Assembly: GCF_009914755.1 (NCBI RefSeq) | Contig: NC_060939.1 | Length of the DNA stretch: 64,000 nt | Reading direction: 5' to 3' (one strand) | Source of the DNA: the human T2T-CHM13v2.0 reference genome, Homo sapiens | Program-made: the position numbers and the translations under genes | Part shown: piece after piece, positions 1 through 11,696 of the stretch | Layout of the letters: the number at the start of each line of letters is the position of its first letter | Position numbering within the stretch: position 1 is the stretch's first letter | The notes under the pieces: model-generated | The model's input: the letters and a program-made list of their open reading frames with translations, nothing else | The model's database searches: none | What the model was told of the DNA's origin: nothing

Positions 1-3000
1 AACGGCAGCCACAGAAGCCATGGCACTCCTGGCCCCAGAGGGCTCCCTTTGTCAGTTCTGGGTGAAAGGCTGGCACTGCGGCCGTTGTTCAAAGCTGTCA
101 GAGCACTTCTGTGACGTCTGTTGCTAGGCAGTTCATGGGCACTGTCCCAGGGTGGTCTGACCCCACATCTGCACTGAGACACTATGGCAGACACAAAGCT
201 ATGGGGGCCCCTGGAGCCAGCATCACAGAGTCCAATGCGGAGATCCAACCCCTCCCAGCTAAGAAACTCCAGCTCCTCTAGGATGGGCGCTTACTCTGAG
301 CTCCTCCACTTTTTCTTTTTTAAGAAAATGTAATTTTTAATATCTTATTACAAAACTAATACATGCCCATTTTAAGAAAATACTAAAAATAAGTAGACAT
401 TAAAAAGTTTTTAAAATTACCCTTCAATCCTACCCTCGGAAGATTCTACTGTTAAATCTGCCTAGGTTTTTCTTTATGAAAATCTACACATTTCAAATGT
501 ATTTATACAGAAATGGACTCCTGTGAACCATACTGCTATACAGCTTGATTTTAATTTAGGAATGTTCTGAAGAAATTTTCTTGTCCTTTTTAATGGCTAC
601 CTAGTATTCCCTGGTGTGGTCGGACAATACAACTTTATCTGGATACCTGGTTTTAAAATGAGTCTCCAGTAGGGCCCCTTTGTTTAGACAAATTGTTGGT
701 AGGCCCGTTAATTCTGCTGGTGATAACTATTTAGTAAAATCCCAGAAAGCAAGGACTGAAAGCAAGGTATTTAATCCACATTTTATAGTGCAGAGCCAAT
801 AAGATCCCTTGAGGAAGAGACAAAGAAGAGGAGGGTAAAGAAGGCTTCAAAGAAGTAGCTTTGCTGCCTGCAGACACAGCTAACTCCTTTCATGAACAAG
901 TCTGTTTCTAGAGAAAATGTGCACTGAACATTTGTACCCAAGGCAAGATGGAGTTGAATAGCTCCACGCACCCTGACTCTTATCTTACCAGGAAAGGTCT
1001 CTTCTCCTACCCAACCTTCTAGGCTCAGCTTTGCCCAGTTCAAAGGCCATATCCTCTGAATGCCCTCCCACTTCAGGTCAGAATGGATTTCTCTGTTCTA
1101 AGAGCTCTAACGGCACAGACAATGGAGCCAGGCAGAATAAGGCAGACTTCCAGCTCTATCCTTTATCAGCTATGAGTCCTTGGACAAGTCAGCCGACCTC
1201 TCTGTGTTGTGCCAGGATCACATGTGTGACTACAGGTAAAAATGGAGCAGGTGCTCAATCTTAGCAAACAGACAGATCCCAGGTGTACACTGTTTCTTTT
1301 GCCTTTGTGCACTGCTTGGCAACCTGTGAGTTCCAGAAACAGAGACTGTGTCTTCTCCATCCTAGCACCTCTAACAGTGCCTGGCATGTTTGCTCAGTAC
1401 ATGTCTTGTGGGTAAATTAGTGAAAATTTTGGAAAAGGTATATGAAGAGGCTGAGAAATGGTGTCCACAGGTGCCAACCGCCTCCCAGCTCCATGCCTTC
1501 CTTCCAAGGCCCAATTAGACGCAGCTAGAACAGTTAGTTGGGACAGGAAGCATCAATGGGGTCATGAGGTGTCCTGCTTGCCCAAAACATGAACCAGTGA
1601 ACCGACGTCAGAAACTTGGAACAAAGGCAGCAGCGGCTGTTTGGCAGACAGTGGCTTTCAAAGCTGTTAAGCTTCCAAGGCTGAGAGGCTGGTTTTCTGC
1701 CTTAGTGTTGTCAGGTAGGAGCGTCCTCTTTGCAAAAGAGAAAAGGAATCTCCCATGCAAAACTGAAGCGTTCCTCATCTCTGAGTGCAAGAGCAACCTG
1801 CTGCAAAGAGCCAGAAACTCCCTCGAGGTCTCCTTGGGGTGGTTTGAAGGCACAGCAAGGACCGGTCCAGCAGACTCTGGGAAGCAGGGACAGGAGAGCC
1901 AACCTCCAAGGCTCCTTCCTCAGTGCAAGAGCAGATGCCAGGGCTTGTCAGACGGAGGGTCCGCTAACAACAATCTTGGGTACAACAGAGAGTGAAACGA
2001 AGATTTTTCCCTGACAGGTGTGGGGGCCAGTGGGCAAGGCCCCACCTGACCCCCGTCCCTATCACAGCTCAGCACCTCTGCAGGCAGGCGGGCACAGCTA
2101 TCCTCAGGCTGTATTCCTATCCCCTGCAACACGTCTGCTGGCTTCAGAGCACAATGTGCTCAAACACAGTGATGTCTGAGTGGGAGGCTGATACTGTTTT
2201 CAACTGGGTAGCTTTCCCCATGGCAGAGAAATGGAATCAATTCCACAATCAGAGACCGCCTGTCTCCAGCTTATACCATTCCTTCCAATATGGGAACTCC
2301 TCCATCCACAATATGAAAGGAAGTCAATAATTCCCTCTTGCATCCCTAACCCCAAAGAGGCGCTAGGAGCCTGGAACCAAGCCCATGCATGGGCGTTCAC
2401 TTTTCCCTCCTTGAACATTTCCTGCCATAGCACAAATAGGACAACGAATATGTACTCCACACAAGTGATAAGCACCCATGGCCTGGCTCAGAAGGTGCAG
2501 TCACTTCCAGGAGAGGTTGAAGGGAAGATCTTGCTTGCAGAGTACGTGTAATTGGATTATGCACATCACGCCTTAGGCCTTCGCTAGGTGATTTAATGCT
2601 GCGTTTCTCAGGTTCATGATTTGGGTTGAACGTAGTGAAGTTGTCTAAGCATTTCCAGAGCCAAGACCCGCCAAGGGCTCCCACCAGAGGAGTCAGACAG
2701 GGTCCTGACAGCGTAAAATGAACACTTCCTGCCCTCCAAGGACAGCGAGAACAGCTCCAGGCCTCCGACTGCTCCTTCTCTTTCACATCACTCAGTGGGC
2801 ACCATAGCTCCACACGCATTGAGCTTCTGGGGTTGGTAATAGCTTTTAGTGCTCACAACAACCCTTGTGATCCCCACTTCAGAGATGGTGAACAGGCTCG
2901 GGAGGCTGAACAGCTCCATGAAGCCATCAGCAACCAGAGCCCAGACTCAAACTCAGCGTTACCTCCTTCCACCATGGCTGCCTGGCTGAAAGACGGATCC

Positions 3001-4919
3001 TAAGGCACATTCTCTTGGCCATCCTTTCCCCTCACACAAAATTCAGTCAACTGAATGCAGCTCATCCACATCCTGGAGTGAATACCTTAGATATGGCTTC
3101 AAAATATCCTGTGTATTTTGTGACAAGCTACAACGTCCCTCTTCCTCTCCTCCCTCCCACTTAAAAAAAAAATCAAGTCAATGCTCTGTGACATCTCCCC
3201 TACTGTTAATTTCCAAGGGAATGAAGACCAAATTGTCAGTAGGTAAGCAGATGAGACCTCCTCCACTTTCCAGTCCAAAGATCTTGGGCCATGATATAGC
3301 AATGTAACAAGAGGGTTCCAGAAATGGGTGATATATCGGCTCAAAGGGTCTTAAATCTGCTTGGGAAATATAGATGCTGCCTTCTGCAGGTTGCTGACCA
3401 AGTGTCAAATTTCCCTCCTCGTGCTCAGGAATCTTGTCCTTCTAAAGCCCCTCCTGTTAATTGGATCCAAGAAGCATGTAACAGAAACAGGGCTACTGTA
3501 ACCAAGTCTTGCCAGGCCCCAGCTAGAAGAGAGACAATCTTCCACTTCTCTTCCCTCGGTAGACACTTGAGTTCCCTGTGGTCCAGCAGGGGAGTGGGTA
3601 GGCTTGGCTTGAGAGCCTGGTTCCCTCTGTCTGTCTTTCCTTCCCCTTTTCACACATGCCACCCTGACCTTGGATCCTGCCCTTTCTCACCAGGAAGGAA
3701 GACCCCAGGAATACTCTAATCCTCATGATAAATATGCCACCAGCTACCTCCCTGCCCATGCCGGAGGTATCTGATTTCTCTTTGAGTTGAGTTGAGCCGA
3801 GCCACAACCTCAGAATCTTTCAAATCCAATGAGCAAGAGAGCCACTAAACAATTAGGGCAGATGGAGAAACTGAGGCCTGGAGGAACAAAGTGACTTGCC
3901 CAAAGCCCTCCTCTAAGTCCAAGACCAGGATGCCAGGCTGTGTCTCCTTCCAGAGCAGCAAATCCAACAGTGCAGTGGGGGTAGCCACTGAAAGCTGCCA
4001 AGAGCCTCTTGGGACCCTCTCTCTCCTGCCCTTTCCTGCTGGGGCCAGGATGCCTGCCCTTTTGCTCAGCCCATGGCTCTGCACCCCGTTATCCTTCTTC
4101 ACCTTGCTTCCCAGAGGCAGCTCAGCTGCAGGCTCGCTCTCTGCTCTCCTCGAGGAGGAGATAAAGAACGCCCTGACTAGATTAGCGGACTCCTTCGCGG
4201 GAGTGCAGTCAAGCACGGCTCCCCAGTGCGAGCACGACTCGGCTGTCCGTAATTCCTGCCTTGTGAGGCTCTGTCAGGCGCAGCGATTAGACGGCTGCCT
4301 GCTTAATGACAGGGCGATGGCTGCATTCACTTGGAGCTGGAGAAGCAATTACCTTGAAAATGGGGGTCACAGGCCCCACTCGTTGGCTTTAATTGAATTC
4401 CAATGTCTGCCTCGAGCTGCCTCGACCTAACTTGTAGCTTCCTGAATACTGCTTAAGGGAAATACAGCTAATCCAAGCAGTGCTTCTCCCCCAGTTTTAC
4501 TCCTTTCTTAAAACTTAAAAAAAATTATTTTCATAAGAGGATTTTAATTCCAAAGAGGGGGGCAGAGGGTGAGAGGGGACCCTGCTGTGGCCACCGCAGG
4601 GGTAGGAGGAGTTGGCCTGGAAACCTCAAGAAGATGGTTGAAAGGGGATGGGGTGAGGAGCTGGAAGAGGAGAAATGTCGGAAAACAGAATTCACAAGGT
4701 ATGTCCCAACCCTGCAGCCCCCTGCTACCACTAGCAGAACCACCACCAAGCTGAGAGCTGGTCACTGAGACAGATGACACAGGCCACCCTCCAGGGCTGC
4801 ACCAGGGCCAGGGGAAGAGCCCTGGGCTGCGAGTCAGCCACCTGGGCCTCTGGCCTGGCTTTCCTCCTAAACATCATAATCACTTCCCCTCTCTGTAAAA
4901 CAAGGGCATTGAGCTAGAT

Positions 4920-5091
4920 CAGAGGTTCTTAACCAAGGGCCATTTTGCCTCCTATGAATATCAGGGTGTCAGGGTGTTATTGACATCTAGTGGCTACAGG
5001 CCAAGGATGCTGCTGAACATCCCACAATGCACAGGATGGCAAAGAATGATCTGGCCCCAAATTTCAACAGTGTCAAGGTTGACGATCCCCG
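4920..5091. mobile_element. MER20 DNA transposon (internally deleted) with 8-bp TSD (A/G)GCTAGAT
   Basis: GGCCAAGGATGCTGCTGAACATCCCACAATGCACAGGA core; TSD at 4912-4919 and 5092-5099. Confidence 0.78.
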
Positions 5092-6730
5092 GGCTAGATG
5101 ATCTCTGATGATACTTTAAACATTAAAATATCATGATTTCCCCTCTTGGGGTGCTGCCTTCCAGCACTGAACACTTCTTCACGTTCCAGTTTCAAGACTC
5201 CTCTCTGCCCATTCCACACAGTAGGCCAGGATTCAAACCAGGCCAATGCTTGCATCCCCCACCTGCCCAAGCAGCACTGAGAAGTGTCCCTATGGGCTCA
5301 GCCCAGAAGGACAAACCCACTGTGCTGCCTTCATCAAAGGACTCTGCAACCATCACGGGTCCTGACAGTGTGATGGAAGGGCCGGTGTCCATAAGTGTCA
5401 TTCTGTGATTCCAGCCTCCCAGCATTCCTGGTAGGAGTCAGGAGTGCCCAAAGAGATGAGCCGGTGTACGTTCTCCCTTTACAGATACAGAAACTGAGGC
5501 CCAAGGAAGAGAAGGGACTTGCCAAAGGTCACATCGGGGGAGAACCATGACTAAAACACAGACCTCCAGGTCTCTGCCCCAGGCGGAAAAGTCAAGAGTC
5601 ATCATGTATCCTACCAAGCAGAGGAAAATTGTGGGGCCTTCAGTTCCACCTTGAAATAGTGACTTCCCACGAGAACAGAAAGAGGAAAGAAGACCAACCA
5701 GGTTCCCAGAATGTTAGAGTTGAATCAGTCTACTGCTTCCCAAGCCTAACTACACTTCAGAATGATCTAGAAATCGTTAGGAACACAGATTTCCAGTCCC
5801 ATCCCCAGACCTATGGAAAAGACCTCTGGGGCAAGTGCCCCTGTATCTGTACCGTCCAGAAGCTCCTCCGTGGACTGGGAAGCAGTGATCCTGTCCACCC
5901 TCTTCATTTCAGAGATGAAAGGTGGACAGGTACACCCCAAGGGTAAGAGCCTTGCCCAAAGTCACACTAAAAAGACTCTTCTTCCTCAGGTGCTTATCTT
6001 AAATGTCACTAGCCTCACACCAAAGCAGCAAGCAGGAGAAAGATGCCACTTGAACCTAAGAAATGCATTAAAGATACAAGCCAGGTAGACCCAGCTTCCC
6101 TTTTCCACTAAGGGGCCAGTCCGGAAGTGGGCCTCACAGAGCACTCTTGGGTATGTCTTCCTGTGTAAAGGGGAGACGGGACTTCTAGAAAGTCAGGAAA
6201 ACCAGTCTCAGCTCCCCAGCTGGAGTTCACAAGCGTACATGATGAATGCTCAGCCAGGCAGCTTCGCGCATGGGACAGCAAGACGTAAACCCAAATTCCA
6301 CAGCACGATGCACATCAACAGTACAGCAGAGACTGTTCTGATCCCAGGTGGCCAAAGAAGGGCAGACTTCTGCCAGGGAGGAGGCAGACAGGCCCCGGGG
6401 TAAGTGTGAGGAGGTGGCCAGGTACTGGCCAGCTGGCCTGGCCTTGAAGGTGACCCTAGGCCCCCACCCTCCTCAATGGCAAGGACACCAAAAGCCAGTG
6501 GAAGATGAGGCAGATGGCTGAAGAGGTGGATTTGAGGCGTGTCTGGCTCCCCTTTAGTTTGAGGACTAGGAGGCAACTGGGAGCCAAGGGGGAAACAGCC
6601 CTACATGGGTCCAAGCCCTTGGGGTGCTTGTAGAAGCCGGAGCCCTGGGGCCGCCATTCTTTGAGGCCAGCTAAGGTCAGGGTCAATCTCTGGTTATGAT
6701 AAATGAGAGGAATAAAAGGGCTATACACAC

Positions 6731-6760
6731 GGTAAGAGGCAGATTGGGGAGTCCACGTAC
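6731..6760 (-). CDS. TLE3: TLE3 exon 6 alternative 3' extension ([10 protein letters not shown]) using the distal donor
   Basis: 30 in-frame nt GTACGTGGACTCCCCAATCTGCCTCTTACC followed by GTGTGT. The peptide matches the insert I recall in the long TLE3 isoform. Confidence 0.88.
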
Positions 6761-6835
6761 CCCGATGATGGCGTTCAGCTCCGTCATGGTGACCTGCTTG
6801 GCGCGCTCCACTGCCTGCGCCACCTGCTGCTGGTG
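6761..6835 (-). CDS. TLE3: TLE3 exon 6, short form ([25 protein letters not shown])
   Basis: ctccag|CACCAG...ATCGGG|GTACGT; 75 nt. Confidence 0.96.
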
Positions 6836-7099
6836 CTGGAGGGAAGAGGGTGTGCGTTAGATGCAGCCACTTTCCTGGACAGAGGAGGTCACAGGCTGTG
6901 CAGCACTGGCAGGGCCTCTCGGAGAGGCCCAGAGCAGACAGAGGAGTCCCACTGAACAGGCACAGGGCACAAGTAGGGGGGAGGGTGACAGGCGATTTTA
7001 CTTTCTCTTTTAGACCTTTTTCAATGAGCATGTATTAGTTTTGTAATTGAAACTTCCTTTTAAGTTCTAAAACAAAGAGCATGCCAAAAGATGGCTATT

Positions 7100-7570
7100 A
7101 GTCAACCACACACACACAAATTTTTCCATGCAATTTGCGTATGAGCTGGATATCAGATGATATTACAGGATGATTATTAATTCTCTAAACATGGTAACAA
7201 TACTGTAATCATGAAGGATGGTATCCGTTTTTAGGAGATGCAGTTATAGTAGTTAGTGGTGAATTGTCAGGATATCTGCAATTTACCGTCAAAGGATTTG
7301 GGGAAAAAGTATGTCTACATATACCTTATCCATACCTGTCTAAATAGAGAGAAAACAAAGTATGTTTCCAGATGAACAGATAGAGAAAGAAAAAGTGGTA
7401 AAATGAACCCTAATGTAAACTACGGACTTTGGGTGATGATGTGTCAATGTAGATTCATCAGTTTCAACAAATGTACCACTCTGGTGAGGATGTTGATAGT
7501 GGGGAGGATATGGGAAATCTCTGTGAACCTAAAACTGCTCTTAAAAAAATAAAGTCTATTTTAAAAAGTG
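7100..7570 (+). mobile_element. Old LINE-1 3' end fragments (L1MC/ME-like) in intron 5
   Basis: GAACCCTAATGTAAACTACGGACTTTGGGTGA...GAACCTAAAACTGCTCTT...AATAAAGTCTATT, the same motif family as at 48.3 and 51.2 kb. Confidence 0.7.
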
Positions 7571-8217
7571 GTTGCATTAATTCCCTTTGGCCTTGAGGTA
7601 GTACCAGCCACATACACAGCTTTCTCTCCTACTGGGCTGCAAGCTCCGAGGGCATTGCCATATCTGATTCTTATATATTAATTCAATCATTTACTCAGGT
7701 CACCATTAGGAGTCCCTGAGGGAGCTGACATGGTCCCAGCCACTGAGTGGGAGTAGAGGGCAGGGCCTGCCCTGGCTGGAGTGAAATCAGAGGACAGAAA
7801 CAGAGCCCACTAAAGTCGGCCCGTCTGTCTGGTCGGCACCAGGGGGCTTCTTTGCAGGCATTTATCTCAAATCACCCACTAGTCCAGCCGCTGTCCCAAA
7901 TGGAGGTCCCTTGGAAGGTAGGCGTAGAAAGTGACATGACCACCTGGGTCATGCTCCCAGCAAGGGCACTCTGTACCAGGAACTGAGGTCCACTTTGGGC
8001 TGGGGATGCTAGTTTGGATGGGAAAGAGGCACCCACTGCCCACTGATGGTTAGGTCGCATGCCAGCACTCCAATCTCTGGACTCAGGTGATGGCAGAGAA
8101 ACAATTCTATGAGAAGAAGGAGCAAATGGTCCCTCTGATATGGCCCCCTGCCTCCAGACTGGCCGGAGAAGGCTCTGGAAATCTCCAGGTTGTCAGCTCA
8201 GTCAGTATGAATGGACA

Positions 8218-8254
8218 GGGGCTGAGGCTGGGGCTGGGGCTGGGGCTCAGGCTC
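8218..8254. repeat. Short (GGGGCT)n-like hexamer repeat in intron 5
   Basis: ggggctgaggctggggctggggctggggctcaggctc. Confidence 0.75.
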
Positions 8255-8323
8255 CAGTGAGACCCCACCAGCCACTGGGCTGATTTGGAAAGAAAAGGAA
8301 GAAATAATAAAAGAAGGTCTTAC

Positions 8324-8386
8324 CTCTTGTGACAGGAAAGGCATGATCTGTGCTAAAATTGTGTTCAGTCTCTTCGCAATCTCTGT
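8324..8386 (-). CDS. TLE3: TLE3 exon 5 (TEIAKRLNTILAQIMPFLSQE)
   Basis: ttgcag|ACAGAG...CAAGAG|GTAAGA; 63 nt; lies within ORF 8198..8431. Confidence 0.97.
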
Positions 8387-8942
8387 CTGCAAAGGCAAGG
8401 AGACCACATGAAGCTCAGGCAAATAAATCAAGTCACTGAAATGTCATAGGCAAGTGGAAATGCAAACTCCCCCCAGACCACAGCCCCTCTCCACGGGGCT
8501 CCATCCTTTCTGCCCTCAGTCAGCCTCCTACCAGGAGGCTCTAGCTAAATCCACAGCATGAAGAAATCTCTTTCAACTCCCTTGCAGCCAGGCTGCCTAC
8601 ATTTTAGGGAGCTCCAATTTCCATCAGAGGTAGTCTACATGTCTGGTTCAGAATATAGTTTGCATCCTCTGGATGGAATCCCTAATTAAAGCAAAACGAA
8701 ATAAAAATCACCCCCAACAACCCAGCAAAACCCACTGTAAGAGTGAAACACAGTTTAGTGAGAGAGGAATTGCTCTGCCCACTGGTGCCCAGTGCCAATA
8801 GGACATGAGCTCTCAGATAAATGGGACTAAGCTGATAAGCGGTCCTATGTGGCAAAGGGTTCCCTGGGACTAGCCTCTCCCTCACCAAGATCAATCCCTC
8901 CCCCACATATATGCTACCAGGCTAAAATCCTACCATTAAGCC

Positions 8943-9245
8943 TTCTTTCTTTTTTTTTCTTTCCCATTAAGACAGGGTCTCACTGTCACCCAGGCTGGTG
9001 TACAGTGGTATGATTTTGGCTCACTGCAGCCTCGACTTCCTGGGCTCAGGTGATTCTCCTGCCTCAGCCTCCCAAATATCTGTGACTATAGGTGCACTGC
9101 CACTCCCAGCTAATTTTTGTATTTTTGTAGAGACTGGGTTTCGCCACGTTGTCCAGGCTGGTTTCAAACTCCTGGGCTCAAGTGATCTGCCCACCTTGGC
9201 CTCCCAAAGGGCTGGGACTACAGACAGGAGCCACCATGCCCAGCC
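8943..9245 (-). mobile_element. Alu (AluJ-like)
   Basis: T-rich tail, GACAGGGTCTCACT...CCACCATGCCCAGCC. Confidence 0.92.
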
Positions 9246-10195
9246 AACACTTCATTTTTTAGGATATAGCATTGCCTTGTCTAAGAAGCTGCTCAGAGAT
9301 GTAATTCATTAGATCCCTAATCCCTCACAGAAGTCAATCTTAGAAAGGTAGATCAATTCTCTGCCTCATCTCCCAACACCCTAGAAAAGACTGCATTTAG
9401 AAAGTCAACAGTTTCCACCAGCATCCTATGTAAACTTTAGATCTCAGATCAAGAGTGGTGCTATACGGGTTAACTGAGTCCAGATAGAAAGGCCTAGAAC
9501 CACTGACAGACGACTCTCAGAATTGCTTTTCTTATCTCATTCTGAATCCTGAGCCCGCCAGGACTGAGGTCCCAAAGCTGGCTTCAAAGCTTTCATCAGC
9601 ACATAGCAATCTTTCAGAGACAAAACCATGACAACAGCCTTTAAAAATCTGTGATCATCTGCATGTCAAATGATTCTGGATGAGAAATCCTTGTGCACTT
9701 AAAATAAAAACAATCTGAAGGCGCATAAATAGACCCTGGACCTCGGGAGAATTCCTTGGGCTAACACCCTCCACCCCCTCCACCCTTGGCCACTAAAGAG
9801 GACGCCTCTGGTTTGTGGAAAGGCAGGCCATCAACTAAAGAGCCTTATGGGTTTTTGCAGGCCTGTGTCCTGGGCTGCCAGCCACGGTGGCAGGGCTCGC
9901 CAACCTACGGAGCCTGTCCGCTACAGTGGGGGTTCCTGGCAGGGAGAGGATCAGGAATCACTGCTGTCAGCTTTCTGCCTAGAACACTCTAGCTCCTCAG
10001 GAACAGAGTCAGTGTTTCCCAGCCAGCACCACTGTTGGCATTTGGGGAGAGACAATTCCTGTTATAAAGGACTGTCGCTCATATCCCAGGCCAACTGTGT
10101 CAACAATGGCCCCCACTTCCAAACTGCCCAGCTCAGACCCACTGGGACTCCACATTGACACATGTGTGGGGCACTCTAGCCAGGACACCATACAT

Positions 10196-10325
10196 CAGGG
10201 TTTCTCAAACACCATGCTATTGACATCTGAGGTCAGATAATTCACTGCTGTGTGGAGCCCGTTCTGTGCACTGCAGGGCTTTTAAAAGCATCCCTGGCCT
10301 CTCCACCCACTAGACACCCGTCATT
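10196..10325. mobile_element. MER20 fragment (opposite orientation to the other copies)
   Basis: CAGGGTTTCTCAA...ATTGACAT...CAGATAATTC...CTGTGCACTGCAGG...AGCATCCCTGGCCTC. Confidence 0.7.
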
Positions 10326-11599
10326 CATACTCTAAGGAACCCAGGAGGATTACTAAATAATCATTATATAAATTGTTAATCTAGTTAAGTGGGAAGAGCT
10401 CTCCCAAACAGGGTCCTTCCTCACTCTGCTTATTTTTTCCTCGCCTAAATCAACTGATAGTAGGAATGGGGAATGAAGCAAAAAAGTCCGGGTTGGATAG
10501 GGCAGGAGTTCTAGAAACAAGCATAGGCTGCAGCTCACTCCAAACCGGCAGAGTAACAAGTTCTCTCACCTTTGAGTTCATGCACCAAATAAGAATAGAA
10601 AGATATGTAAAAAACAAAAAGCAAACAAAAATAAACAAAAAAAACCAACCTTACTGTTTAGGAAGCTCACAGGTCCAAGGCCTGTTATCTTAAACAACAA
10701 TAGAGCAGTGTCTGGCACACAGTAGCTGCTCCGTAAATGTTTGGCCCAAAGAATAGTATCACTGGCATCTCTGCATTTATTGAGACTTCATATTGCAGTG
10801 ACCCCTTGCTGTGGATCTGGGCCTGCCCCAGCATGGGCAGCATCTGTGGGAGGGGCCGTGGTGGATGGAGTGTTGACATACACTTGGTGGCCAGTGGCCC
10901 AAGCCCTTCACCAACGGGGTGGGGTGGCACCTCCAAGCCAGGCCAATCGCAAGCCACCTAGATGGGTCCCTGGCCACTACTCCTCCCCACAGCCAGGAAG
11001 GCAGGGGCAAGGTCAGAACATCCCCAGTCATTCTGGCCTCCTCAGCAACTATTAACTCTCACAGTCTCTGGGAGAGCAGGGAGGCAGGGTGATTATAAAA
11101 GGGTTCTGGCTATGGCCTCCTTCCACTGGTAAACAGGCCAAGGGTCAGGGTCTCGGGAGTTGACAAAAAAGAAACGTAGCTGACCTTGCCCTTCCCCACA
11201 CCCTTCAGCAAACACGTGGCCAAAGGCTTCCCACAGACAGGATCTTCCCATAGGGCTGGTCTGGAGCCCAGCTCACTCTGGTTATGAGGACAACGGATCT
11301 CCCAGGATTTATGTAGCCATCCGGGCCATCAGGTGACCACAGCTGGGTGGCTCAGGGCAAGTCCTCTCTCATTCTCACCCCTCCACCCTCCTAAAGTAGT
11401 TCCTGCCTCCCAACACCACAAACAAGCATCAACTGAGGGCTATCGCAACAATGCCACACAGATGCAGAACCTTCCACAAGCCTGGGGTAGTGGCATTCAG
11501 GCTGTCTTTCCTGAGGCCCATGTTCGACGAAGAGAGGCCTCTCTGCAAGGCAGGAAGGACTTTGGCACGTCACCAGACAGGACTGTGTAGGGTTGAGGC

Positions 11600-11696
11600 A
11601 GGCAGAGGGGAGGGGCTGGGCTTACGTTGGGAGAACCTCCTGGTTCACCGTAAAAGTTCTCCCAACGTAAACCCAGCCCCTCCCCTGGGAAAGGGA
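11600..11696 (-). ncRNA. MIR629: pre-miR-629 intronic microRNA hairpin (5p arm ~11655-11675, 3p arm ~11615-11636)
   Basis: 31-bp inverted repeat (11606-11636 / 11656-11686) around a 19-nt loop. The minus-strand arms read UGGGUUUACGUUGGGAGAACU and GUUCUCCCAACGUAAGCCCAGC, recognised as miR-629-5p and -3p. Same strand as the host gene. Confidence 0.94.

Noticed and set aside
1-6730. Search for TLE3 exon 7 (QQQLQAQHLSH...)
   Set aside because: Not found by eye; it presumably lies beyond the left edge of the window.
8998-9312. ORFs resembling 'hypothetical proteins' (also 52954-53239, 56685-56996, 60468-60789)
   Set aside because: Alu-derived antisense frames.
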